UHGV virus genome: UHGV-1351279
Reading direction: 5' to 3' (one strand)
Length of the DNA: 64,000 nt
Source of the DNA: a virus
This document shows, one piece after another, positions 56,601 to 64,000 of this stretch. Every line of letters starts with the position of its first letter. Position 1 is the first letter of the stretch. The notes under the pieces are model-generated. The model made no database searches, was not told where the DNA came from, and saw nothing but the letters and a program-made list of their open reading frames with translations. The translations under genes were made by a program, and so were the position numbers.

Positions 56601-58616
56601 AACTCTAATATTAGTGATAGTTTCTATCAAGATGGTATGAGATATGAACTTATAGTGGATGAGCATGGGGGTACATATTTTGCAAGCTATAAAGATAAGC
56701 ACACAGGAGAAGATAAAATAATTGATATAACTCCTGAGCAATATGAAGAAGCTTATCAAAAGAATATAGAAAGTAAGATACAAAGTTTGGGTCTTGACTT
56801 AAATAGTGCTGGTATTATTCAAGGAATACTAAAAACTATCATTTTTAAAGGATTAGGACTTAACCCTATTGGAGGTATCAGAAACAGGATGGAAGGTAAA
56901 AATACCAACCTTATAATGGATATGACAGGGTATTACTGGACTAAAGGTAATATTAGACATGCTCATAATTTCTTAGCCTTTGCTAATATGTTGCATATTT
57001 TACCTGATAGGATTTCTCCTGAACACATGGGTAAATACAAACAACTAAAAATCTTTAGGTCTTTAGTAGAGAAGATGAGGATTGTTCAAGATAGAAAAAA
57101 CCCTTTAGAGAGAAATATTGAGCAGTCTAAGTTCTCTATGGAGAAATATACTAATGTTTTTTCTTGGGCTGTAGATAACCCTGAGTTTAAGAACCAGGGT
57201 TCTGTGGTTCTTGCTATACTAATGGATACTAAGATAGAGAACAATAAAGGGGAATTAGTACCTATATTTGATGGTTCTAAATTTACTGTATTTGAAGAAA
57301 CTAAAGATGGTTCCTTAAGATTAAAAGAAGAGTTTAGGTCCGAAGAGAATATAAGGAATTGGGAAAATATGGAGGTAGGATTTAATGAAGAGGATAATAA
57401 CCAATTCTTTCTAACAAGAAATAAAATGAAGACAGCCATATCAAGAACACAAGGTAACTATGATGATATGGATACTATTTGGGCTTCAAGAACTATATGG
57501 GGTCAAGTTCTAATGATGTTTAAAAAATGGATGCCAGAACACTTTATGCAGAGATTTGCATCAGGACAGAATTTTGACTTATTTACAGGAAAGAAACAAA
57601 TGATGGGTAGATACAGAGCTATGTGGAATAATAATCCTGCATTGGCTGTAACAGGACTTTCCTCTATATTAGTAGGATTAGGTTTAGGAGCTGGAGCTTT
57701 AACTGTAGGAGGTATTACAGGAGTTGTAGCTTTTAAGTTTATACATAATATGATGGGAGGAAATAAAGGTATCTTAGAAGAAGCTAATAATATAGGAGGA
57801 TTAGTAGCTTTTACTAAGTCAATACTTATTAGTACTCTTAATTACCCTTTAGAGCTTATCAATCTAAAGACAGGTATTCCAACAAAATATGATGGATATT
57901 CTAAATTAAATCTTACTGAAGAGGAAATAGGTACTTTAAGGTCTTTAGCTAAAGAAATAGCTGTAAAACTAACCTGGTTAAGTATAATGTTACTTGCTAA
58001 ATCTCTTACTTGGGATGATGATGATGATGATGACTCAGATAAAAGGAAGTTACATAATTTCTTAGATAATGAGCTTAATACAACTATTAATACATTACAA
58101 TCCTGGTCAGACCCAGGTGCTTTATATGATGATGCATCAAGAAGCTCTTTTCTTTTATATTGTGATAATGTAACAAAACTATTAAAGAGTATTATGTTAC
58201 TCAATGGAGGGGATGCTTCAAAATATGCTTTAAAGGTATCTCCTGTACCATCTTTCTTTACACACATGGTATCTAAAGATGGTGATTTACTAATGCCTTG
58301 GCAAAATGATTATGAATATGATAAAGGTAAAACTTATTGGGATGGATTTATAAAAGAAATAAAAGGTAGAGGACATGAAAAATGGTCTAAGAAAGAATAC
58401 AATAAAATAAGAAAAGAGAAAAAAGCTGAAATGTTAGAACAAGGTATGAGTGAAAAAGAGATTAAAGAAGCTCTTGGTACTAAACCAAAAGGAATGTCCT
58501 ATGTAGATGCTTTAGATTATATGGAAAATGGAGGATTACCTCCACAAGAACCTAAGAAAAAAGGTAGACCTAAAGGTAGTAAAAACAAGAAAAAAGAGGA
58601 TTCAGCTCAAAAGTAA
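53604..58616 (+). CDS. giant virion protein (1670 aa) with a C-proximal cluster of 3 TM helices, a poly-Asp run and an AT-hook-like basic tail (KKKGRPKGSKNKKK)
   Basis: ORF track. TM segment ALAVTGLSSILVGLGLGAGALTVGGITGVVAF. DDDDDDDSD is encoded by (GAT)7 at 58014-58034. GRPKGS at about nt 58555-58600. Confidence 0.55.
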   Translation: MSCKNTVLNSNSRNVVMKGLYEKDLITAYKNVGNTTIIQVSNIKDFNKRNQLLIDKIQELQPQFLSSFGSMYNTTPTELFFDKVNGSQEQFAIKNYMFERLSNFKMVDFNKLQETLDSLGKIAVQVSNGNIEIRNHKIHGFTKEEVDAIVKKYNTLSSEKQQYIKDEIRNSRNIVDKVASKLYDAYEDRLNLITDIDSNSMRIGNKNSNNIIKVKSKEVESNRELQEIKDEVANNKAKELTRKNTEDSNKRSNDYNTDGDILPSNDNWDSNSDPNITPPVTDNYTEYTNYLDALLKSVQKKKGELIKELKNPKNKNKTKTIDDLNKLITEEGKLQEYYNNAISGENEKNVETLFNELDDLSHKLDVIDSGSIKNLGDRVDFLFGFITGTKYGSNENVDYAISENPELRSKVLSLMHKYNSKLNEISNKIIEEDVTYQHNVLNNIAFKRADGKIDKDKVNDLFKVKDDINFFEKALLGVSQASTKESITPQILKSYLEKNMSHRTSEAIAYKDRLLAAIEKLEAKGITDFSFIFEKFLSGARTGNIISKYTSEYRRKLYKYFNMEVEGNDYASYYSKKIQWLKANADVIDFRKIKAFKDLYGKNYPNEFIFSDQEMEEYENNLRKQLGKVYDKEIDKVNSWIENYELTKQNYESKYEAERNNPFVFLRSYFGDSPTTAAAFNGTGGISSIFPNLNDIVFVPRKTFTEGYDFNGEEITSDTGYYNKDFDRIEQSDEMFEYWSVLEDIYSQYINPTYDISGMSFAKIQKEFLEKVSDAKGASKAGTLISKGIQAYREYFYEVGVGNKKDKGIVENYSDKTKQEIKALSSALKAKSVDELKSMAKDLGLTIPNNITPEQLVHEIASEMTLRNYSSDINKITGALIDMVALQKAREDTLPIANILLEKHKKTVGESERERKNSIEKLEHYINKVIKNEHEHARGTEQLIGKEIKTPGWIEMLLDKLGVIGWLKNKVEKNRFFYLYSDSERQLLKELQSARERGHNSNISDSFYQDGMRYELIVDEHGGTYFASYKDKHTGEDKIIDITPEQYEEAYQKNIESKIQSLGLDLNSAGIIQGILKTIIFKGLGLNPIGGIRNRMEGKNTNLIMDMTGYYWTKGNIRHAHNFLAFANMLHILPDRISPEHMGKYKQLKIFRSLVEKMRIVQDRKNPLERNIEQSKFSMEKYTNVFSWAVDNPEFKNQGSVVLAILMDTKIENNKGELVPIFDGSKFTVFEETKDGSLRLKEEFRSEENIRNWENMEVGFNEEDNNQFFLTRNKMKTAISRTQGNYDDMDTIWASRTIWGQVLMMFKKWMPEHFMQRFASGQNFDLFTGKKQMMGRYRAMWNNNPALAVTGLSSILVGLGLGAGALTVGGITGVVAFKFIHNMMGGNKGILEEANNIGGLVAFTKSILISTLNYPLELINLKTGIPTKYDGYSKLNLTEEEIGTLRSLAKEIAVKLTWLSIMLLAKSLTWDDDDDDDSDKRKLHNFLDNELNTTINTLQSWSDPGALYDDASRSSFLLYCDNVTKLLKSIMLLNGGDASKYALKVSPVPSFFTHMVSKDGDLLMPWQNDYEYDKGKTYWDGFIKEIKGRGHEKWSKKEYNKIRKEKKAEMLEQGMSEKEIKEALGTKPKGMSYVDALDYMENGGLPPQEPKKKGRPKGSKNKKKEDSAQK
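58014..58034 (+). repeat. (GAT)7 trinucleotide microsatellite encoding poly-Asp
   Basis: gatgatgatgatgatgatgac read directly from the sequence. Confidence 0.7.
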
Positions 58617-58624
58617 AAAAAATA

Positions 58625-58652
58625 AAGAAGATGGATAAAAAACCATCTTCTT
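58625..58652. terminator. bidirectional rho-independent terminator AGAAGATGG-ataaaaaa-CCATCTTCT between the convergent blocks
   Basis: 9-bp stem with T-runs on both strands. Confidence 0.6.
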
Positions 58653-58725
58653 TATTTGTGTATTAATTTTAATTTTCTTACTTTTGCACAAGGAATTTTT
58701 CTTATTTTTCGTTTTGCCACTTGTA

Positions 58726-58751
58726 AGAGTGTTAGAGGTATCTAACACTCT
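58726..58751 (+). terminator. second hairpin AGAGTGTTAGA-ggta-TCTAACACTCT plus T-run. It overlaps the stop codon of the leftward dNMP kinase gene.
   Basis: 11-bp stem followed by TTTTTCTTT on the + strand. Confidence 0.4.
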
Positions 58752-59316
58752 TTTTCTTTATATCTTTTACAATTCCTAATACTCTAAGAAACAAATCTCT
58801 TATAGTGCCACTGTTATCTATAACATAGTCAAAAGCATCATCTGAGAGATATAAAAGGTCAGTTTCTGAGTAATGAGTAGTATCTAATTTTACTCTATCA
58901 CTTTTTACTCTAATGAATATAGGTTTAAGCTCCTTTAATAGATTGTACTCATGTCTAAATCTCATGTCAGTAATGACATTAAACTCAAAACTTGACTCTT
59001 CTATTTGTTTTAGTATGATTTTAGCAAACACTTCTTTTCCAAAGTTCTTACAAAACATATCACCTATCATTGTATAATAGTTTCTTGGAGTCATTGCCTT
59101 AGATATATTAGTAAGTCCAATATCATGTACAGACCTATCCTTATAATCATCAAGTGTTTCAACAGGAACACCTAATACAATAGAAGTTATCTCCTTTATA
59201 GGTTTTGCAAAAGCAAAGGTTTTACAAGTAGTATAATGAAACATATCTTGCATGAAGTTTGCTACAGTGTCTTTCCCTACACCTTTATTTCCTGATATTA
59301 CTATTAATGTACTCAT
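58732..59316 (-). CDS. deoxynucleoside monophosphate kinase (T4 gp1-like P-loop kinase)
   Basis: N-terminus MSTLIVISGNKGVGKDTVANF is closely similar to the T4 Dnk N-terminus (IFLSGVKRSGKDTTADF). Confidence 0.55.
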   Translation of the reverse strand: MSTLIVISGNKGVGKDTVANFMQDMFHYTTCKTFAFAKPIKEITSIVLGVPVETLDDYKDRSVHDIGLTNISKAMTPRNYYTMIGDMFCKNFGKEVFAKIILKQIEESSFEFNVITDMRFRHEYNLLKELKPIFIRVKSDRVKLDTTHYSETDLLYLSDDAFDYVIDNSGTIRDLFLRVLGIVKDIKKKSVRYL

Positions 59317-59771
59317 TCTTTACCACTTTTATAAATGTTTTTATCTGTATTATACACAGTTTTTTCACCTCTCATTTCATTATTTATAGTACATAGATGT
59401 ACAAATATAATATCTTCAAAGTCTGTAACATATTGCTCAAAAGCTGTTACAAGGTCAGGTTTGTCAAGGTAAACTTTTTTAAATTCTTCTTTCAGTTCAT
59501 TAGCTAAGTTCTTAGCTTTGTTAAGTCTGTTTTTCATTAGAAACTTAACTAAATCACTGTCTTTGAGATATTCTACAAGTTTATCTATAGCTCCTATATA
59601 AGCCATTACAAGTACAAAATAATGAAAATGCTTTTCTTTTTTAAGCACAGGAGTAGCTCTTTCATAGCTTCTCTGTCTTACAGCAAGTTCCATGAGTTTA
59701 TTTACTTCACTTTTTGTAAGTTGAAGACCTCTTGCTTTTAACTCTAATTCAAATTCTTTTCTTGCATCCAT
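59313..59771 (-). CDS. hypothetical protein (152 aa)
   Basis: ORF track. 4-nt overlap with the kinase gene. Confidence 0.45.
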   Translation of the reverse strand: MDARKEFELELKARGLQLTKSEVNKLMELAVRQRSYERATPVLKKEKHFHYFVLVMAYIGAIDKLVEYLKDSDLVKFLMKNRLNKAKNLANELKEEFKKVYLDKPDLVTAFEQYVTDFEDIIFVHLCTINNEMRGEKTVYNTDKNIYKSGKE

Positions 59772-59772
59772 A

Positions 59773-60543
59773 TTAATCTTCTTGTTCCATTAAAGGTAAT
59801 ATACCATTATCTTTTAGTTTATTGTACAGAAATAACCTACCCTTTTGAGTCCATTTTGTATTAAGTACATAGGTTGTAGAAGAATCATCAGAAAGTACTG
59901 TTTCACTTTTAGTATAACCACTCCTTGCATAAGGAGCATAAGGAAGCCAAGTATTGCCTTGTTTATACTGAATACCTATTTCATTGAGCTTTTTATTAAG
60001 CTCTTGAGCAGTCATTCCATAATCTTTAGCAATCTCTCTTACAGTGAGACAATTCTTTGTTCTAAGTATCTCATCACAGTAATCTGCTTTAGGCTGTAGC
60101 TCTTCAATGAGAAGTGTTTGTTGCCTTGTTTTCTCTTCAAGAAGATAGTTCTTTTCAACTTCAGCTGCATAAGCTCTAAGAGCTTCAGGGAGTGTTTTAG
60201 GTACTAAGTTATAATAGCCTTCTTTTCTAATGGTTGGCAATACTTCCTCAACAACCCAATCTTGAAACTTCAAAGCACTATCTAATTGTGACCTCATTAT
60301 AAGTCTATAAAGGTTGGCTTCATTGATAAAATTTAGTTCATTACTACCAATTCCATCAGAATTTGTGACTCTCTGTTTCACCGTACCGTCTGATTTACAA
60401 TGAGTTGTAACAGCTTCACCTGGTCTTTTATAGCCTAAAGCTCTGGCTACATCTACACCAGCAAAATAAGGATTATTATTGTCATCAACAATAACTCTTA
60501 CCTGACCAAAGTCAGGATTTTGGAAAATTTCAATTTTGTTCAT
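59773..60543 (-). CDS. Bro-N domain protein (phage antirepressor-like). The start is ATG 60543 (MNKIEIFQNPDFGQVRV...), not the ORF-track start at 60597.
   Basis: Bro-N signature FQNPDFGQVRVIVDDNNNPYFAGVDVARALGY. The longer ORF-track version would run through a terminator hairpin at 60575-60603. Confidence 0.55.
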   Translation of the reverse strand: MNKIEIFQNPDFGQVRVIVDDNNNPYFAGVDVARALGYKRPGEAVTTHCKSDGTVKQRVTNSDGIGSNELNFINEANLYRLIMRSQLDSALKFQDWVVEEVLPTIRKEGYYNLVPKTLPEALRAYAAEVEKNYLLEEKTRQQTLLIEELQPKADYCDEILRTKNCLTVREIAKDYGMTAQELNKKLNEIGIQYKQGNTWLPYAPYARSGYTKSETVLSDDSSTTYVLNTKWTQKGRLFLYNKLKDNGILPLMEQED

Positions 60544-60574
60544 ATAAATATTAATTAAGTTTATAAATAAAAAA

Positions 60575-60603
60575 CCTTGTGTGGTTAGGAAGTCCACACA
60601 AGG
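60575..60603 (-). terminator. minus-strand terminator CCTTGTGTGG-acttcctaa-CCACACAAGG followed by TTTTTTATTT
   Basis: 10-bp stem followed by a U-run on the minus strand. Confidence 0.5.
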
Positions 60604-60705
60604 TAATTCAAATTAAATAAATTATGATGATAAATAGGGCGCGTAAACACAAAGTTTTTTGAGTTACAAAAGTACAATAAAATATTGTAAGTATATAATT
60701 TTTAA

Positions 60706-60900
60706 CTAACTTTGATTTACCTCTTTCATCAGAAGACATTTATAGTTCTTGAAATAAGGGTCTGAGTTAAAGAAATTGTTATATTTTTCAATAATTTCTT
60801 GAGGATTTTGTTCTTCTGTAAATACAAGTTCTCCTCTATAAATACTCATAATTTGACCTTTATCATTGAGTTCCTCTTCTATAATTATAATCTTTATCAT
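60706..60900 (-). CDS. hypothetical protein (64 aa)
   Basis: ORF track. Confidence 0.35.
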   Translation of the reverse strand: MIKIIIIEEELNDKGQIMSIYRGELVFTEEQNPQEIIEKYNNFFNSDPYFKNYKCLLMKEVNQS

Positions 60901-61442
60901 ATAAAATCTTCATTATCTTTGTAAGTACTTGTTTCAAGTGTTCTACCATTAGTATCTTTTGGTAACCTTTCTATGTAATCCAAAATTTTAGAAACATTGT
61001 TTTTTGAAATGAAATATTGACTCTCCATAATAAACTTAGGGTCTGTTTCATTAAGGTAAATTTTAGTTGCTTCTAAGATGTCTCTGGAACCTATAGAAGG
61101 ATTATTTAAGAGCAGCTTCTTTATCTTAGGAAGTACAGTGTTCAAACTGTTCCTTCTTAAAGAGTTTCTCTTAGCAAACATTTCTATGTATTCTTTAACC
61201 CATTCAAAACCTTCTACGGATTCACCAAAGAGGTCAATTTTCCATGTTATTTTGTTTTTGGTATAATCAATAGTGTAAAATCCTAAAGAGGAGATTTTGT
61301 TCTCTAAAGCCTCTGGAAAGTATGATGGTTTCAAGTTTAGGTATTTACAAAGTAAAAATACTTTACCATCATCTACAGGCACATTGTTTTTAGTTAGAAT
61401 CTCAGAAACCTCTGGATTAAAATCAAGCTTTATTTTTGTCAT
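60897..61442 (-). CDS. hypothetical protein (181 aa)
   Basis: ORF track. Overlaps both neighbours by 4 nt. Confidence 0.45.
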   Translation of the reverse strand: MTKIKLDFNPEVSEILTKNNVPVDDGKVFLLCKYLNLKPSYFPEALENKISSLGFYTIDYTKNKITWKIDLFGESVEGFEWVKEYIEMFAKRNSLRRNSLNTVLPKIKKLLLNNPSIGSRDILEATKIYLNETDPKFIMESQYFISKNNVSKILDYIERLPKDTNGRTLETSTYKDNEDFI

Positions 61443-61669
61443 CTTTTTCTAAAAAACTGTGTTACTATTAGACAAGTTAGAAATACCAAAAATATGATAT
61501 TTACAATAGGTGCTACACTAAGTAAAGCAAATATGTAAATACTTGTTTTATAAGAACAAGTATCACAAAAAAGGTTACTTAATGTGTATGGAGTATACAT
61601 ACTTATTATATAATAAAATAAGTAGCATAAACCAATAGGTAATAAATAAAAAAATAAAAAGTCTATCAT
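61439..61669 (-). CDS. small membrane protein (76 aa, two TM helices)
   Basis: ORF track. Hydrophobic segments. Confidence 0.4.
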   Translation of the reverse strand: MIDFLFFYLLPIGLCYLFYYIISMYTPYTLSNLFCDTCSYKTSIYIFALLSVAPIVNIIFLVFLTCLIVTQFFRKR

Positions 61670-61674
61670 AATAA

Positions 61675-63246
61675 TTAATTTAAGTGTTTTACTTTACTTC
61701 CATATAGTACAAAGAGTTTCTTAGAAGCTCTACTCATACCTACGTAATTTAAAGAGTTACCCTCTGTACCTACTTGTATATTTCTTTCCATTAAAGGGTT
61801 TGTATTAACTTCTGTAGAAAGAGAGTTGAAGAATATATTACTATAAGTGGCACCTTGAGATTTATGAATAGTAATACCATACCCATAATCTATACCTTTC
61901 TCAATAATAAGTTCTGGAAATTCTTTTCTAACCCTTTCATGTGTAGGATTGTGAGAAGAATATAATTCCATTCTATCATTGGCTGGTACATAAATATAAG
62001 TGTTACCTAAGTCTATACTTTTAAAAGCACTTGTTAGGTCATCTATACGAGAATAATAGTTCTTCCAATTATTAGTTGCTATAGCATTTACTTTAGCATT
62101 GTATATCTTCTTGAAAAGATTGCTAATAATTCTATTATTATTTTCATACATCTCCTTTGTAATCTCTTTAAATACAATACTATCTTTTTCAGATAAAGGG
62201 TAATAAGTAGTACTCATGTTAGAAAGTTCTTCATTAATCATACTTAGTACCTTTGAATACCCTGCTATAAATACAAAAGAGTCTTTAAATCTAACATCAG
62301 TTACTTGAAACTTTACAGAGTTAGCAAGGTTACCATTTACAATATTCTTATTATTATAACCTCCATAACCTATAATACTTTCTCCAACATGTAATCCATA
62401 AATATCTTCATAGAGTACTTCTTTTACCTTTTTATTGAATGCTTGTATGGATTGATTAGTGTAACTTACAAACACAGTATTTTCAGGTTCTTCTTTATAT
62501 AATTCTATGAATTTTTCAAAGAACTCTGCTTTTTGTCCTGCATTATAATAAGTAACAGTTTCTGTATTATCTATGATAGGGAGTACACCTGTTGGATTAC
62601 TCCTTATCTCTGTAAGTATTTTAAGTATACTTGCATCTTCTGTCCTCTTTACCTCTGTTAATTGTACAAGTTTGAACTTAGTAAATACATCAGATACATA
62701 CTTATTTTTATCCTTTGTAATCTCAGGTATCTGAGCTTTATCTCCCATGAAAACAATATTTACTTTCTTAGCAGTCATAAGCCTTACTAAATCTTCAACA
62801 TCTTTTCTTGATAACATAGAACTCTCATCTACAATAAGAACATTATTTTTATAAGGGTCTAAAGCACTTGTAAATTTAGAACTAAGCTTTTTTTCAAAAG
62901 TTCTTGTTTTTCCATTGTACATATTAACCATAATACTTTGTATAGTATAAGGAAGAAAACCTAAATTTAGCCCTAAATATACAGTTGCTGCATGTGTTGG
63001 AGCAGCATATATAAAGTTAAATCCAGAGAACATGTCTCTATTAAACTTCTTTTTCATGTATTTTTGTAAATACCTTATTACTGAAGTCTTACCAGTACCT
63101 GCATACCCTGATAAAGTGATAGGGGTAGTCTCATTTATTACATGGTCTATAATTTCTTTAAGGGCATTGTCTTGCTCCTGAGTTAATTTGAATTTTGTAG
63201 GTATAGAAATACCTTTATATTCAAAAAAGTTACCTTCTCTTGTCAT
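61675..63246 (-). CDS. Dda/RecD-like SF1B DNA helicase (523 aa)
   Basis: Walker A LSGYAGTGKTS, Walker B LIVDESSMLS and motif V/VI GITIHKSQGATY. It is a paralogue of the C-terminal domain of the 48196-53592 gene. Confidence 0.6.
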   Translation of the reverse strand: MTREGNFFEYKGISIPTKFKLTQEQDNALKEIIDHVINETTPITLSGYAGTGKTSVIRYLQKYMKKKFNRDMFSGFNFIYAAPTHAATVYLGLNLGFLPYTIQSIMVNMYNGKTRTFEKKLSSKFTSALDPYKNNVLIVDESSMLSRKDVEDLVRLMTAKKVNIVFMGDKAQIPEITKDKNKYVSDVFTKFKLVQLTEVKRTEDASILKILTEIRSNPTGVLPIIDNTETVTYYNAGQKAEFFEKFIELYKEEPENTVFVSYTNQSIQAFNKKVKEVLYEDIYGLHVGESIIGYGGYNNKNIVNGNLANSVKFQVTDVRFKDSFVFIAGYSKVLSMINEELSNMSTTYYPLSEKDSIVFKEITKEMYENNNRIISNLFKKIYNAKVNAIATNNWKNYYSRIDDLTSAFKSIDLGNTYIYVPANDRMELYSSHNPTHERVRKEFPELIIEKGIDYGYGITIHKSQGATYSNIFFNSLSTEVNTNPLMERNIQVGTEGNSLNYVGMSRASKKLFVLYGSKVKHLN

Positions 63247-63430
63247 CTAAATACTTTTTAATCTTTACAATATATTTATCTCTTGTTTCTGTGTCAAGAG
63301 ATTCAAATCTTAATAATAAATCACCTCCTGTCCAATGAGTAACATATCTTATTGCTTTCTTTATATCTACTTCATCAGCTTCAACAGTGATTTTATCTAT
63401 ACCATTTCCCCAATCTTGACTAATTTTCAT
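63230..63430 (-). CDS. hypothetical protein (66 aa)
   Basis: ORF track. 17-nt overlap with the helicase start. Confidence 0.35.
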   Translation of the reverse strand: MKISQDWGNGIDKITVEADEVDIKKAIRYVTHWTGGDLLLRFESLDTETRDKYIVKIKKYLDDKRR

Positions 63431-63449
63431 GTTAAAATTTTTTAGTAAA

Positions 63450-63473
63450 ATGGGGTGCTTTTACACACCCCAT
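63450..63473 (-). terminator. minus-strand hairpin ATGGGGTG-tgtaaaag-CACCCCAT followed by a U-rich tract, after the SPFH-like gene
   Basis: 8-bp stem read from the sequence. Confidence 0.4.
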
Positions 63474-63507
63474 CTTGAATAAATAATAAAATTATATGAC
63501 ACCAAAA

Positions 63508-64000
63508 TTAATTTCCTAAAATAACAGGAGTTTTACCATCTGTAATTATTACTTTATTACTTGTTGTTCTAAGCATTTCAATATATTGTTGCATTAGAAT
63601 TTCCTTTGTAAGGCCTAAAGATTGAACTTTATTGGTTTCAGCATCAATCTTGGCTTTCTCAAGTAACATTTTAGAAGTTTCTAATTCATTCTTAACTCTA
63701 TTGGCTTCTTGAATTGCTTTATTTCTGTTTTCAATAGCTACAAGCATTGAGGAAGGAGGTCTTAGTCCTGAAGTAAGAGTAGTTAATTTAAAATATTTAT
63801 TCTCAAACTCTTCTTTAAGTCTTTTATTTACAGATTCTTCAAAAGAAGCCATATTATTCATAAGACTATCAGTTGTATATCTTCTGGCTTCCTCTCTATA
63901 AGCATCTGTAACCCTTTTATTGAGAATATTTTTCTCAACTAAGTCAAAGAATGAATCAGGATTAGAAATGTCATAATTCTTGTAAGAGAATACAATCTCA
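63508..64000 (-). CDS. SPFH/band-7 (prohibitin/HflC-like) protein, truncated at the window edge (N-terminus beyond 64000)
   Basis: The reading frame stays open upstream of the ORF-track Met 63861 to the window end (...VEKNILNKRVTDAYREEARRYTTDSLMNNMASFEE...). The segment AIENRNKAIQEANRVKNELETSKMLLEKAKIDAE...KVIITDGKTPVILG resembles the prohibitin C-terminal region. Confidence 0.45.
   Translation of the reverse strand, partial: EIVFSYKNYDISNPDSFFDLVEKNILNKRVTDAYREEARRYTTDSLMNNMASFEESVNKRLKEEFENKYFKLTTLTSGLRPPSSMLVAIENRNKAIQEANRVKNELETSKMLLEKAKIDAETNKVQSLGLTKEILMQQYIEMLRTTSNKVIITDGKTPVILGN

Noticed and set aside
60544-60597. ORF-track upstream start (MDFLTTQGFLFINLINIY...) of the Bro-N gene
   Set aside because: It would place a strong terminator hairpin and U-run inside the coding sequence. 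The Bro-N signature begins right after the internal Met at 60543.
1-64000. CRISPR array
   Set aside because: No series of regularly spaced direct repeats anywhere. The only repeats are isolated palindromes, the 18-nt motif in three copies and a (GAT)7 tract.
1-64000. Reverse transcriptase/DGR, integrase, transposase or toxin-antitoxin pairs
   Set aside because: No YxDD polymerase motif, no tyrosine/serine recombinase signatures (R..H..R..Y, catalytic Ser near the N-terminus), no DDE transposase motifs and no obvious small two-gene cassettes. The window shows no evidence of being a prophage boundary or carrying a mobile element.

Overview
This window is an AT-rich (roughly 30% GC), densely packed stretch of a tailed-phage genome. 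No host genes, integrase, rRNA, tRNA or CRISPR array are visible. It has three transcription blocks. Block 1 (1-1275) holds leftward small genes. Each is preceded by the same ~18-nt motif, and the 451-672 unit ends at a hairpin. Block 2 is a ~1.08-kb ORF-free, locally GC-richer divergent region (1197-2278). Block 3 (2282-58616) is 32 co-oriented rightward genes with ATGA/TAATG start-stop overlaps. They run: small early-type genes, a large terminase, a portal, an acidic scaffold, a major capsid gene with shifted (CGT-rich) codon usage followed by a strong hairpin, structural and tail-fibre genes, and then six consecutive giant ORFs (1766, 961, 803, 4508, 1800 and 1670 aa; 34.5 kb in total). The 13.5-kb ORF (4508 aa) carries a beta-prime-like RNA polymerase catalytic loop (RIPTSSHQSG...DYDID) at residues ~3125-3169. 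That is the signature of the giant virion-packaged RNA polymerases of crAss-like phages. The 1800-aa protein pairs DprA/LOG-like (SLOG) Rossmann motifs with a C-terminal Dda/RecD-like SF1 helicase domain. That helicase domain is a close paralogue of a free-standing helicase encoded on the opposite strand at 61675-63246. The 1670-aa protein has a transmembrane cluster, a (GAT)7-encoded poly-Asp run and an AT-hook-like GRPKGS tail. After a bidirectional terminator at 58.6 kb, a convergent leftward block encodes a T4 gp1-like dNMP kinase, a Bro-N antirepressor-like protein, the Dda-like helicase and an SPFH/prohibitin-like protein truncated at the window edge. ATG starts lack Shine-Dalgarno sequences and TAnnTTTG -7-like motifs sit in intergenic gaps. 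Together with the RNAP megaprotein this suggests a crAss-like phage of a Bacteroidota host. All functional calls rest on motifs read by eye and none has been checked by search.
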